Assembly: GCA_963813715.1 (NCBI GenBank)
Contig: CAWFAK010000015.1
Coordinates: 32,001 to 96,000, forward strand
DNA from: an uncultured Planctomycetaceae bacterium
Lineage (GTDB): Bacteria > Planctomycetota > Planctomycetia > Planctomycetales > Planctomycetaceae
Length of the DNA: 64,000 bases
Reading direction: 5' to 3'
In this document: piece after piece, positions 11,422 to 21,886 of the stretch
Layout: each line of letters begins with the position of its first letter
Numbering within the stretch: position 1 is the first letter of the stretch
Position numbers and translations under genes: made by a program
The notes under the pieces: model-generated
Database searches by the model: none
Seen by the model: the letters and a program-made list of their open reading frames with translations, nothing else
Told to the model about the DNA's origin: nothing

Positions 11422-11650
11422 AAGCCCGGCCGTCGCGGGCCTATGTGAAGAGTTAGCGGACGACACAGTACGCGCTTTGGATTGAGAAGGGCACCCGGCC
11501 GCCTCCGGATTTCGCGGGGACCGCCTGCGCGTGCCGCGTCCGCAATCAGCCGAACGGATTCACCTCGTCGGATCGTTTCTCTTTCGGCGTCGGCTGTTCG
11601 AACAAATTGTGCCGCTGCGTGATTTTTCATTTGTTATTGAGGAGCGCTTC

Positions 11651-12913
11651 ATGGAAACCTCGATTCTCGCCCGATCGATACGCGCCGCCAATCGGCGTCC
11701 GCGGGGATTCACCCTGATCGAGCTACTGGTGGTGATCGCGATCATCGCCGTGCTGATCGCCCTCTTGTTGCCGGCCGTGCAGGCCGCACGGGAGGCGGCG
11801 CGTCGCAGCCAGTGCCGGAACAACCTCAAGCAAATTGCCCTGGCGGCGCACAACTATCACGACGTGGCCAACACGTTTCCGCCGGCCTTCGATCTGCTGC
11901 TGCAGTCGCACGCCGGGGCGTTTTGCCTCTTCTGCCCGGCCTTCCCGTGCTGCGGCTACTGCCACACCGACGGAAACATTCACGTTTGGGCGGAGCGGCT
12001 GCTCGTGTACGTGGAAGCGACGACCGTTTACCAAAAGATCTGCATGAACGCGCCAATTTTCTCGCCCGTGAATTTGCAGGCGCCTCCCTTTACTGCCGGC
12101 TGTTACACCGCGCTCAATTCGGGCTCGTGCTGCGCGGGCTTAACCCGTCCGGCCGCGGCCATTATTCCAATCTTCACCTGCCCGTCCGCTCCGCGAATCA
12201 ACAACCCGTTCCAGGAAAGCGGCCTGGTGACCGAGTTCACCGGCGGTTTGATTCCGTGCAACCCGGTGGGACTCAAACCCTACTGGGCCGGCGCCAGCGA
12301 CTACACCGCCATTAATTGCTACTGCTGCGGTCTGGCCAACGCCTACGACAATGCCACCAATCCTTGCGATCCCCAGGGGCACGCCTCGTTCTGCACGGCT
12401 CAAGGCGACGTCCGCCGGGCCGGCGTCCTCAACTGGTTGAGCATTCGGCACGGTTACGGCCCGACGTCGATCGACATGATCACCGACGGCACGTCGACGA
12501 CCATCTTCTGTGCCGAACTGGGCGGTCGTCCCGACCTGTGGGTCCGCGGCGTGAAGAAGATCGCCAGTTGCGCCTGCCAGGGTGGTAACCTCGTGCCCGT
12601 CACTCCAAGCGGGTTCCCCGCGCCGCCGGCCAACGCGGGCGGCTGCTGGGGCTGCCTCGACAATGCATACAGCCAGCTGTACGGCTCGACGTTTTCGGGC
12701 GGAACTGCCCCTACAACGGGAACGGCGCCGGTCTGCTTCATCAACTGCACCAACCAGGCGAAGATGAATCTCTACAGCTTCCATCCCGGTTCGTGCGGCC
12801 TGGCGATGTGCGACGGCTCGGCCCACATGGTCAGCGAAAACATCGGCCTCATCCCCTTCTGCCGCATGGTCACGTACAGCGGAAGGGCACCGGTCACGGA
12901 TAGTTCGTTCTAA
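11651..12913 (+). CDS. Cys-rich DUF1559 prepilin-type protein with H-X9-DG motif
   Basis: [45 protein letters not shown]; about 27 Cys in 420 aa; frame intact. Confidence 0.94.
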   Translation: METSILARSIRAANRRPRGFTLIELLVVIAIIAVLIALLLPAVQAAREAARRSQCRNNLKQIALAAHNYHDVANTFPPAFDLLLQSHAGAFCLFCPAFPCCGYCHTDGNIHVWAERLLVYVEATTVYQKICMNAPIFSPVNLQAPPFTAGCYTALNSGSCCAGLTRPAAAIIPIFTCPSAPRINNPFQESGLVTEFTGGLIPCNPVGLKPYWAGASDYTAINCYCCGLANAYDNATNPCDPQGHASFCTAQGDVRRAGVLNWLSIRHGYGPTSIDMITDGTSTTIFCAELGGRPDLWVRGVKKIASCACQGGNLVPVTPSGFPAPPANAGGCWGCLDNAYSQLYGSTFSGGTAPTTGTAPVCFINCTNQAKMNLYSFHPGSCGLAMCDGSAHMVSENIGLIPFCRMVTYSGRAPVTDSSF

Positions 12914-13110
12914 TCGGGCGGCCTACAGCCGCGCGAGCGATAATCGTAACGATCGAGTCCAGGGGCCGCGCGCGTGTGCGGCCCCTGGACTGTTTTCCGT
13001 TTGACGGTCGGCCGCTCGTCAGGCGGCCGCGTGACGCCGCGATCCTCGCGGGAGCGGCCAAGTCGCCCGCCTGTGGATCGCCGAGAGAAAGTGCAAAACG
13101 AGGTCGAGGA

Positions 13111-13677
13111 ATGAAACGGCAGCGCGTGTATTGTTTGCCAGCCGGATTGGTCGTGGCGTCGCTTCTGTGCATCACGGCGGGAGGCTGCAATCACACTCCG
13201 ACAGAGGCTGAGGCGATCAAGAAATCGCTCGAAATCAACGGGCGGCCCGAAACGTCCGTCGTGAAGTTTTCCGGCAGCGTGACCGTCGACGGCCAGGCCC
13301 CGGAGATCGAACGACGCACCCCCTTGTTCGTCATCGCCTACGACCCCAAGCACCCGCCCAAGGGTCGCCAGACGCCGTTCTTGACGCGCTGCGATAAGAA
13401 GGGACACTTCGAGTTCAACACTTACAGCACGGGAGACGGCCTGGCTGCCGGCTCTTACATCGTGCTCTTCGCCTGGCCGAAGGCCGACGGCGACGCACTC
13501 AAGAACCTCTACAACGACCCGGACGTCAACGCCAAAGAGGAAAAGTTTCACATCGAGCTGACGCCTCCCGGGAAGACAGATTGGTCCTTCGACCTGCAAG
13601 TCGCGGGCAAGGATCCCAATACCTCTCCGGGCGAGCATGCAGTGATGGCCGACCGGGGCAAGAGGAAAGGTCGCTGA
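13111..13677 (+). CDS. DUF1559-associated lipoprotein
   Basis: GAGG RBS; lipobox AGG-C; GSVTVDGQ; GDGLAAGSYIV; DALKNLYNDPD; paralog of 8414-9037. Confidence 0.82.
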   Translation: MKRQRVYCLPAGLVVASLLCITAGGCNHTPTEAEAIKKSLEINGRPETSVVKFSGSVTVDGQAPEIERRTPLFVIAYDPKHPPKGRQTPFLTRCDKKGHFEFNTYSTGDGLAAGSYIVLFAWPKADGDALKNLYNDPDVNAKEEKFHIELTPPGKTDWSFDLQVAGKDPNTSPGEHAVMADRGKRKGR

Positions 13678-13715
13678 GCCCCGGCCCCCGTTCGCAAGCG
13701 GAGAAAGAAATCGCG

Positions 13716-14510
13716 ATGGCTACTCTCGCACGCCTTTTCCACCGATCCCGATTATCGGCCGACACCCGGCGGACGTACGAGGAGGCCGGCTTCGTCGTGC
13801 TGCGCGGAGTCTTCGCCGACGACGAAATGTCCCGCCTGTCGTCCGCGGCTAATGGGCTGCTCGCGAGGACCGACTTGATCGACAAGCAGAACCTCCGCTG
13901 CCGCTTTCAAGGGAATTGCGCGGGAGGCGAGTGCCTGTTCGAGACCTTCGATCCCGTGATCGACTTGTCCCCGGCGATTCGGGCGGTCGCCGTCGATCCC
14001 CGCATCCTCGACCTGTTGGGCGAGTTTTACGGCGAAGCGGCCTGCCTCTTCAAGGACAAGTTGATCTTCAAGCCTCCCGGCGCGATGGGATACGGCCTGC
14101 ACCAGGACTATATCGCCTGGCCCGGTTTCCCGCGGAGCTTTCTCACCGTGCTCTTGCCGCTCGACGTGACCAACGCGGAGAACGGCGGCACCGAGGTCTT
14201 CACCGGGCTGCATCGCCAGGGGGCTCTCTCGCCCGAAGATGGCGAGTATCACGAACTGTCCGAGGATGTGGTTCGCAGCGCATCGAGCGTTCTGCTGGAC
14301 CTTGAACCGGGCGACATGGCGGTCTTCGGCGCCTTTGCGCCGCATCGCTCGGCCCCCAACCGCTCGCAGGGCTGGCGACGCCAACTTTACTTGAGCTACA
14401 ACGCGGCCTCCGACGGGGGCGACCAACGGACGGCCCACTACCGCGAGTTTCACCGGTTCCTCCGCCGCAAATATGCCGAGTACGGACTGACCGACACCTA
14501 TTTTCTTTGA
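13716..14510 (+). CDS. PhyH-family Fe(II)/2-oxoglutarate dioxygenase
   Basis: YEEAGFVVLRGVF, KLIFKPPG, HQD (HxD), ENGG, LEPGD, HRSAPNRS...RR. Confidence 0.92.
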   Translation: MATLARLFHRSRLSADTRRTYEEAGFVVLRGVFADDEMSRLSSAANGLLARTDLIDKQNLRCRFQGNCAGGECLFETFDPVIDLSPAIRAVAVDPRILDLLGEFYGEAACLFKDKLIFKPPGAMGYGLHQDYIAWPGFPRSFLTVLLPLDVTNAENGGTEVFTGLHRQGALSPEDGEYHELSEDVVRSASSVLLDLEPGDMAVFGAFAPHRSAPNRSQGWRRQLYLSYNAASDGGDQRTAHYREFHRFLRRKYAEYGLTDTYFL

Positions 14511-14575
14511 CACAGGTTGGCGACTCTTAATACCGGTTGCCGACGCGATTTCGAGAACGGCAGAGACCCCTTTCC

Positions 14576-15675
14576 ATGAGCATGGCCACGGAAACTCAGC
14601 TGACGACGTTCCACATTTCGCTGAACGTGTCGGATCTTGGCCGCTCGATCGAGTTCTACCAGACCTTGTTCAACACTCCGGCTGCCAAACGGCGGGCCGA
14701 TTACGCCAAGTTCGAGCTGGCCGATCCGCCTCTGGTGCTGTCGCTCGAGCCGTGCGGGGCATCGAGCGGCGGGGCACTCAATCATGTCGGCTTTCGGCTC
14801 GCCGACGCCGCGGCACTTGTCGAACTGCAGCGACGGCTGGAGGTGGCCGGCATCGGCAGCATCCGCGAGGAAGGCGTCGAGTGCTGTTACGCGCGGCAAA
14901 CGAAGTTCTGGGTGCAGGATCCGGACCGCACGCTATGGGAGTTCTACGTGCTCGAGTCGAACCTCGAGTGCGCCGGCGATGCTCGCGTACCGGAAACGGT
15001 CCCGCTCTCTGGCCGGTTTGCCTCGCCGACGTCCGTGCCACGCACCGCGTCCGATCCCACGGCCGCTACGGACGCGTTCCCCCCACCCGGCGATTGGGAA
15101 CATCGGTTGGGCAGCCTCTTCCCGCGGCCATTGCCGTTCGCGGACGGCACGCTGCAGGAAGTTCGCCTGCGCGGGACGTTCAACGTACCCTGCGAGCCGG
15201 AGATGCGTCGCGCCCGGCTCGCGGAGTGCCTGCGTGTTCTTGCGCCGGGCGGCCGCATCGTGTTGCATCATCTCACTGGAGCTTCGCAACTGGCGTCGGG
15301 CAGTTTGCCGTTGCCCGGCCCGGCCGTGGTCGTGGATGAAGTGCCCGTCGACGCCGAGTTGCTCGGGTGGGTGACGGAGGCGGGCTTCGGGGACGTGCGA
15401 CTGTTGAAGTTCGGCAGCGCGCCGTCGTTCACCGTGCAAGGGGTCGAGCTGCGCGAGACGATCGTGGAGGCGATCAAGCCGCCGAGCGAGGCAGACACCG
15501 AGGTCGTCGTTGTGTACAAAGGGCCGTTTTGCCAACTGGTCGACGATGCGAACCGGGTCTTTCGTCGTGGAGAGCGGACGCGAATTTCGCGCGCCGATGG
15601 GAGTCGATCGCTGGCGGGCCGCTCGAGGAATCGTTTGTTCGTTTGCGATCGGACCGGCCCGGTTCGCCGGTGTGA
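14576..15675 (+). CDS. arsI: ArsI/CadI-family VOC metalloenzyme fused to a degenerate methyltransferase-like domain (probable frameshift near 15590; the unshifted ORF runs to 15751)
   Basis: FHISLNV, DYAKF, LNHVGF, ECCYARQTKFWVQDPD, WEFY; C-terminal half has LPFADG, LRVLAPGGR and YKGPF..LVDD. Confidence 0.82.
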
Positions 15676-15776
15676 TCGACTTTCATCGACCGTGGTAATC
15701 GGGGATGCGGCGCCCTGTGCCGCCGCAAGTTTGGACAATGTGGCCCGGTGAGGCCGCAAAGTTAGGCGGAGAAGGC

Positions 15777-16196
15777 GTGTCGGACGATTCGCTGCAATCG
15801 GATCACTGCGCCGAGATGCTACGGGCCCTGGCCGACCCCGTGCGTCTGCGGATCATCGACGCGCTCCGCTCTGCACCCTGCTGTGTGAGCGAGCTCTCCG
15901 AGTCGCTCGACCTAGAGGTCGTCACCGTCTCGCATCACCTCGGCATCCTGCACGCGGTCGGACTGCTCGAGCGGGAGAAGAAAGGCCGGTTCAAGGTCTA
16001 CCGCTTGCGAGAGGGAGTCTTGGGTCCGGCAAACGGTGACAAGCAGCACATCGACTTGGGCTGCTGCCGGCTGGAGATTCCGCCGCCGAACCGCGACCAA
16101 TCGGCCGCGGAGCCGGGAGCGTCGCACGCGGGCACGTCGAACGAGCGAGCGACGCTGCCCGTCTTGCCCACTCCCAGCGACAAATCCAAGCGGTGA
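15777..16196 (+). CDS. arsR: ArsR/SmtB-family metalloregulator
   Basis: LRALADPVRLRII, PCCVSELS, VSHHLGIL, C-terminal DLGCCRLE. Confidence 0.9.
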   Translation: MSDDSLQSDHCAEMLRALADPVRLRIIDALRSAPCCVSELSESLDLEVVTVSHHLGILHAVGLLEREKKGRFKVYRLREGVLGPANGDKQHIDLGCCRLEIPPPNRDQSAAEPGASHAGTSNERATLPVLPTPSDKSKR

Positions 16197-16226
16197 ATTC
16201 GGCCCGGTGCTGTACTGCCCGCTGAA

Positions 16227-17971
16227 TTACTGAGCCGCTGCCTCGCCGGCGAAGCCCAGGAACTCCGGCCCGATCGAGTAGATCACGATCAAGAGGCCGA
16301 GCGGGACGAAGACAAACGTCCCGACAATCTCCACCACGAGCGCGAACTTGGCGTTCGACCAGTTCACTCCGCCGTAAACGAGCGACAAGAGCGGCGTGAG
16401 CAAGAGGGCCAGCGGGGAAGTGAAAATGGACGCCACCCAGCCAATATTGCTGCTGAGCAGGATGGCGCCGAACCACGCCATGCTGTCCTTGAAGGCCTCG
16501 AACAACAACCAGAAGTGGCCAACCAGGATCGCTCCCACGCCGACGACTGATAGACCGATGCCCACCCCCAACAAGAAGTCCTTGCCCATGGCCGCCGCGC
16601 CGCCCCCGCCGAAGGCAAAGCCGAAGACGCCGGCCAGGCCGAGTCCGGCCAGGACCGTTTGCCAGGTGAGGCCCTTCTTTCCCTCGAGGTCCTCGAGCCG
16701 CGCGACCTTGGCCACGTACTTGGTCTCGGGCTCCATCGTCTCAAGATCCAGGTAGTCGAGGAAATACCGGGTATAGAGGCCGTTAGCCCGCATCAGGAAC
16801 ACGGCCGTCGCCCCGAACCATCCGGCTGCCAGCACGACGAGACCCGAGGGAATCCAGAATGGCTTGAAATCGAGTTCCGCCGGTTTCTTGCTCCGCCACT
16901 CCTGCAAGCCTTCCGGCATGACGGCGTTCCTGGACAGATTGTCGATTTCCGCGTTCTTCGTGAACAAGACGGCGTTGTAGTTCGAGTTCTCGATCAGCGT
17001 GTCGATTCCCTGGGCCATGAAAACAGCGCCGCCTACGCAGGCCAAGGGCACGATCATCATGAGCAGCAGGAAGAGGGCCCAGTACGACAACGCGGGCAAC
17101 GTCCGGAAAAACGGGCCCGACATCTTGTTCAAGAGCCACCCGCGGATCGTCACCGGCATCGCCATGTGAGACATCGCCAGCGGGAACAAGAGTGCGCCGA
17201 AGATGACGGCCGCCACCTCCAATCCGAGGGCCACCAGAGGGAACTTCAAGAGCACGAAGACCAAAGCCAGGATGTGCAGCGGAGCGGCGACGTCGAGAAA
17301 CCAGAAGAGGAACTTGAAACCGAGCGCCGCCCCCAGCAGTTTCTCGAAGTGGTACTTGGCAAGTTTTTTCTTCTTGCGGAGTGTGGCGTCGATGATCGTG
17401 GTGTGCAGGTTCCACGCCAACCCGGGCGTGATCATGACGGCGATTGTCGCCAGAAACCACCAGAAGTCCTTGACCAGCGGCTTGGTAAAGTAAATCGCGC
17501 AAAACAGGCAGAGGGCTGTGACGCTCGTAAAGATCACGCTGTTAATACTCAGCGAGATCGAGAGCCTCCGGTTCTTGCGCCAGAATTCCAGGCTGTCGCT
17601 GAAAAACTCCTGGTAGTACTTCTTCGGATTCGGGCCTTTGCGGTCGCGATCGGCCTGCAGCTCCCGGCTCAGCAAGCCGGTGACCAAATTGACCTGGCAC
17701 TCCGGACACTCGGTGTGCTTCGGCGGAAACTTCGGCCCCGCATTTAGGGCAAATGCGGGTCTGCTCGTCCTCTAGTCGGTCGAGGTCGAGATTCGCGATG
17801 ATCATGCTGCTGCTGGGGGGGCGGGCGGCGGCCTTCTTCGCAGCAGGCGCCGCCTTCTCGGCCGGCACGCGGATCGCCTTGCCGCACTGCGGGCACTTGA
17901 CGGCTTTTCCCCGCGCGATCGGGCGCGTTGACCACGTGCTCGCATCCAGAACAGCGGACTTTGACAGGCAT
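16227..17971 (-). CDS. Multi-pass membrane protein with an N-terminal zinc ribbon (frameshifts near 17915 and 17720)
   Basis: MPVKVRCSGC...VKCPQCG, ICPKCG...CPEC, then many hydrophobic helices in ORF 16227-17687. Confidence 0.8.
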
Positions 17972-18213
17972 GCGACTCTCTCACCCTCGGTCCCGAGCGT
18001 CTCTCTTCCAATTTATCAATTCGAGGGAGGTTTGCACGTCTTTGGACGCGGAAACCGCCCGCTTTCGTCGCGGAAATCGGCTGCCACGGTCGCCTGTCGC
18101 GGAATGGGTCCCAGGCGGTGGACACTCTTAAAGAGAGACATCGCCCGGTCAGGCGGCGCGCAGACTGGCCCTTCGTCCAGCGGCGGGAGGCATCGTGCGC
18201 GAGCCGGCGACCG

Positions 18214-19587
18214 TCAAAACTTGGCGTCGAACATCACGCCGGCCGACCCGTCACTGGGGTGAAAATAGGGCACGATGTGCACCACCCGCGAGTCGCCGTA
18301 CAGGGCGCGGCCCGCGACCGATTTGCCGATCACATAACCCAAAACACCGCCAAACACCACGTCCGAAAGGTCATGGTCGCGGGCATCGATGCGGCTCCAC
18401 CCGACCAGGCCTGAAAGGATGTAGAGCGGCACACCGATCCAATGCCCTTCGTACTCGTCAATGACGGCCGACATGCAAAACAGGCTGCCGTCATGCCACG
18501 AAGGGAAGCCGTAGCTTCCGCCGTTCCAGCCGTCGCTGGGACGCTTCGTGTCGGCAATCCCTTTGATGGTCAGCGTGCTTAAACCGAAGATGGTGTACGC
18601 ACTGATCATGGAGGTCATCATGTCGTGATGCCATTCGTCCTGCTCCCAGAGCGTGAACGCGTAAGCACCGAAGATGACCGGGATTTGATATTGGACTGTG
18701 CCAAAATCGCCGAGCAGGTTCGTGGCGTGGCCCCAGCGATCGGGATGCTCGGCCGTCCAGTTGCGGACGTCCTGGTCGACGTCGCCGCGGAGGGCCAAGG
18801 AGCCGCCGAGCGCCACACCCAAAACGATCGCGTCGTCCCAGTTCACCAGTCCCCACGCGTCATGGGCGACGCGCGGCAGGAAGGCCCAGGCATCGTCGGA
18901 GAAGCGGATCGGTTGGTTGGAGCAGCCATCGATCGGCTGCAAGCCGGTCACCGCCGCCGCGGACGACGAACCAAGCGGAGGCGCCAAGCCGTCCGCTGGC
19001 GCAAGCGGCTCGGGCTGTTCGCCGGGCACCCTCGGCGAGCCTTCGTCCGGTCCGATCAAGGGGGTCTCGTCCGAGGTGAGCACGATCGCCGGCCGATCGG
19101 AACGCCACAGCCGCGCTTCCCAGTGTACGAGAGCCGCCCAGATGCCCGAGCCGCTGCTTGGTGCCGTTGGGCTCGGCCAAAGCGTCGACGGAGTAGTCGA
19201 CGAGTAATAAGGAAAGTTGGCCGACGCGTCGATCGCGACCAAACCCGCGCCGCATCCCGACTTTGGACTTCCGCACGACCCCGCGCAACCCCCAGGCGCA
19301 AAACTCGCCGGCGCGAACGCCGCGGACGGGTAGAGCGGGAACGACGAGGTAAGGGCCGGACTCGCTTCACGCGTGGTCAAAGCCGAATCGATCGTCACCG
19401 AGTTGATCGTTCCTGCGTCGGTCGTCACCAGGCCGGGGCCGTCATCGGCCATCAGCGACCGCGTGGCTAAGGCGACGATGACGAGCGCCAAGAGCGGCGA
19501 TGCGACGCGTCGAAATCGCCAGAGCGGGCCAACGGCGCGAGCCGGCTTCCAGTTCCACGGGCGACGGATTGGCCCGAAGCGTGCCAT
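18214..19587 (-). CDS. PAP2-family phosphatase with a long N-terminal extension
   Basis: K.....KRP, FPSWH and SRI....HDLSDV..G PAP2 motifs; N-terminal signal-like segment. Confidence 0.85.
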   Translation of the reverse strand: MARFGPIRRPWNWKPARAVGPLWRFRRVASPLLALVIVALATRSLMADDGPGLVTTDAGTINSVTIDSALTTREASPALTSSFPLYPSAAFAPASFAPGGCAGSCGSPKSGCGAGLVAIDASANFPYYSSTTPSTLWPSPTAPSSGSGIWAALVHWEARLWRSDRPAIVLTSDETPLIGPDEGSPRVPGEQPEPLAPADGLAPPLGSSSAAAVTGLQPIDGCSNQPIRFSDDAWAFLPRVAHDAWGLVNWDDAIVLGVALGGSLALRGDVDQDVRNWTAEHPDRWGHATNLLGDFGTVQYQIPVIFGAYAFTLWEQDEWHHDMMTSMISAYTIFGLSTLTIKGIADTKRPSDGWNGGSYGFPSWHDGSLFCMSAVIDEYEGHWIGVPLYILSGLVGWSRIDARDHDLSDVVFGGVLGYVIGKSVAGRALYGDSRVVHIVPYFHPSDGSAGVMFDAKF

Positions 19588-20036
19588 CCTTGGCGCCTCG
19601 TAGTCAAAGAAACGCGGCAGATTTCTCAGCCGAGCCGCTTAGCGACGGCCGAAGTCGGCGCGAAACGCTCAAAGCCTTTCTCTCTTCGTCCTGACGATTC
19701 GGCACGAAACATCAATTCGCGTTTAACCGCGTCGCCGCGCGCACGGAATGTCGACCGCCATCGGCCCGGCTTGCCCAACCGGAAGACCTTGCGGCCCACG
19801 CCTCGGGCGGTGAAAAGTGTGCGGCCAATCGCTGATTTTTTCGCGGGGAGCCGAGAATTCGGGCCATTTGGGCTGAAGAAGGACGCTTTGCGCGGAGGTC
19901 GGCGGTGGTGAGGTTCCTCACACCGGCGGGAAGGGCCGTTGACTGCCGTCTTCGCGTCCGCTTTCATAAGACTACTTTAAGCCGGGCCAAGCCCGCGCGG
20001 ATTTGCGATACGCACAACAACAGATCGGGGGGACGC

Positions 20037-20978
20037 GTGACGTCCGATGACACCAGTCTGATCCAATCGCTTGAGCGGAACATCGCCAGTGTGTTGCTGG
20101 GCAAGCCCGACCCGATTCGGCTAGCGATCGTTTCGTTGCTGGCGGAAGGCCACCTCCTGATCGAAGATGCGCCAGGCGTCGGCAAGACCCTGTTGGCCAA
20201 GGCCATCTCGAAGAGTCTCGACTGCAAGTTCACGCGGTTGCAGTTCACGCCCGACATGCTGCCCAGCGACATCTTGGGCTCGAGTGTCTACTTGCCCAAT
20301 TTGGGGGACTTCGAGTTTCGTCGCGGGCCGATCTTCACGAACATTCTGCTGGCCGACGAAATCAACCGCACCACCCCCCGCACGCAAAGCGCCTTGCTCG
20401 AGGCGATGAACGAAGGCCAGGTGTCGGTCGAAGGGCGGACCTACGTGCTCGAACCGCCGTTCTTCGTGTTGGCGACGCAAAACCCGCACGAGTACGAAGG
20501 CACGTATCCGCTCCCCGAAAACCAGCTCGATCGCTTTACCATCTGCACCGACATCGGTTACCCCGATCGCGCGCACGAGATGCAAATCCTCGAAGCGCAC
20601 CGGGCCGGCGAAATGGTCGATCGGCTGCAGCCGGCCCTGAGCACCGAGCAGCTCCGGCGGCTCCAGGCGGCCGCCCGCGAGGTGAAGGTGCATCCCTCGA
20701 TCAATTCCTACATGCTCGACATCGTGGCCGCTACGCGGACCCACGAGGAACTTGACCTGGGCGTCAGCACGCGAGGAGCCATCGTGCTATTCCGCGCCGT
20801 GCAGTGCCTGGCCTTTTTGGAATCGCGGACTTTCGTCATCCCCGACGACGTCAAGCGGCTGGCCCTGCCCGTGCTGGCCCATCGCATCGTTTGCCGCGGA
20901 CTGGTTCGCGAAGGACAGCGCGACCGCTCGCGGGCCGTGATTCGCCAGATTCTCCAAAAGACGCCTGTTCCGGCCTGA
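20037..20978 (+). CDS. moxR: MoxR-family AAA+ ATPase
   Basis: HLLIEDAPGVGKT, RLQFTPDMLPSD, LADEINR, ATQNP.EYEGTYPLPE.QLDRF. Confidence 0.95.
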   Translation: MTSDDTSLIQSLERNIASVLLGKPDPIRLAIVSLLAEGHLLIEDAPGVGKTLLAKAISKSLDCKFTRLQFTPDMLPSDILGSSVYLPNLGDFEFRRGPIFTNILLADEINRTTPRTQSALLEAMNEGQVSVEGRTYVLEPPFFVLATQNPHEYEGTYPLPENQLDRFTICTDIGYPDRAHEMQILEAHRAGEMVDRLQPALSTEQLRRLQAAAREVKVHPSINSYMLDIVAATRTHEELDLGVSTRGAIVLFRAVQCLAFLESRTFVIPDDVKRLALPVLAHRIVCRGLVREGQRDRSRAVIRQILQKTPVPA

Positions 20979-21023
20979 ATCGCGGGCGGTCGGTCGATTG
21001 CGCCGGGTGCCAGGTCCCAACCG

Positions 21024-21417
21024 CCGGTCCTTGTGTTCAATTGAAAGTGTCCGGACCGGATTCAGCCTTCCTCCTAAACCGAACCCGCTGCACCTCTTAA
21101 CCCCGGTCTAAATCCGAATTGTGAAGATTAGACCGGACCCGACCTGACTCGGCTGGTTACTACGACGCCCGAGCCACGCATGGGTGGGATGGAGTCGCCG
21201 CGTTAGGCTCGCTTCCGAGGTCCGGACCTCCGGTCTCCTTATTCAAACGAAAGTGTCCGGACCGGGTTCAGACTTCGTCGTAAACCGCATCCGCTGCGTC
21301 TCTTAATCCCGGTCTAAATCCGAATTGTGAAGATGGGACCGGACTGGACCTGACTCGGCCGGGTTGCGAGCCCGAGCCCAAGCACCGGGCGGGATGGAGT
21401 CGAGCCATCAGGCTCGC
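21024..21417. repeat. Tandem direct repeat, two copies with a 206-bp period, rich in hairpins
   Basis: Copies at 21024-21212 and 21230-21417 share GAAAGTGTCCGGACCGG, CCCGGTCTAAATCCGAATTGTGAAGAT, GACCTGACTCGGC and GGGATGGAGTCG. Confidence 0.9.
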
Positions 21418-21548
21418 CCACCGGTCATCCATCTCTTCCAGCCGGGCGACCATATCATTGCCGGCAATGACATCTATGGCGGCGCCTATCGGCTGATCGC
21501 CAAGGTCTAAAAACCGGCGGCAAAGCGCCGCCGGCGTGACTCATTCTT

Positions 21549-21621
21549 CGGGAGGGCGAGGCTCCTGCCGAGCCATTTCCAAAACCGCGAATACTGGCTC
21601 AGCAGGAGCTTCGCCCTCCCG
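21549..21621. repeat. REP-like inverted repeat (27-bp arms, 19-nt loop)
   Basis: CGGGAGGGCGAGGCTCCTGCCGAGCCA ... TGGCTCAGCAGGAGCTTCGCCCTCCCG, two mismatches. Confidence 0.85.
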
Positions 21622-21637
21622 GTGGAACCGCGCCCGC

Positions 21638-21672
21638 CCGGTCCCTTGTTCAAACGAACGTGTCCGGACCGG
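21638..21672. repeat. Third, partial copy of the 5' hairpin of the 206-bp repeat
   Basis: CCGGTCCCTTGTTCAAACGAACGTGTCCGGACCGG. Confidence 0.8.
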
Positions 21673-21886
21673 ACCTGTCGGCTCCGATGACGAGCCGGGT
21701 GGCGGGGCGCTCCGCTTTGCGGCAGCCACCGGGTCTTCAATCGTGCCGTGCGCCGGGGCTTCCGCTGCGCAGAGCGCCTCGGCCCCCGCGCCGCAGGTGT
21801 CCACGAAATCCGATCGTGTGCCCGCTCAACGGCCCCGCCGCCATTTTTCATCCGTGTGCGCAAGCCGATCTCGGCCGCGGCAAACT

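Noticed and set aside
21024..21672. CRISPR array or integron attC array
   Set aside because: The units are ~206 bp and similar along their whole length, with no unique spacers. GTTAGGC occurs in only one copy and has no matching RYYYAAC. No cas or intI gene is present.
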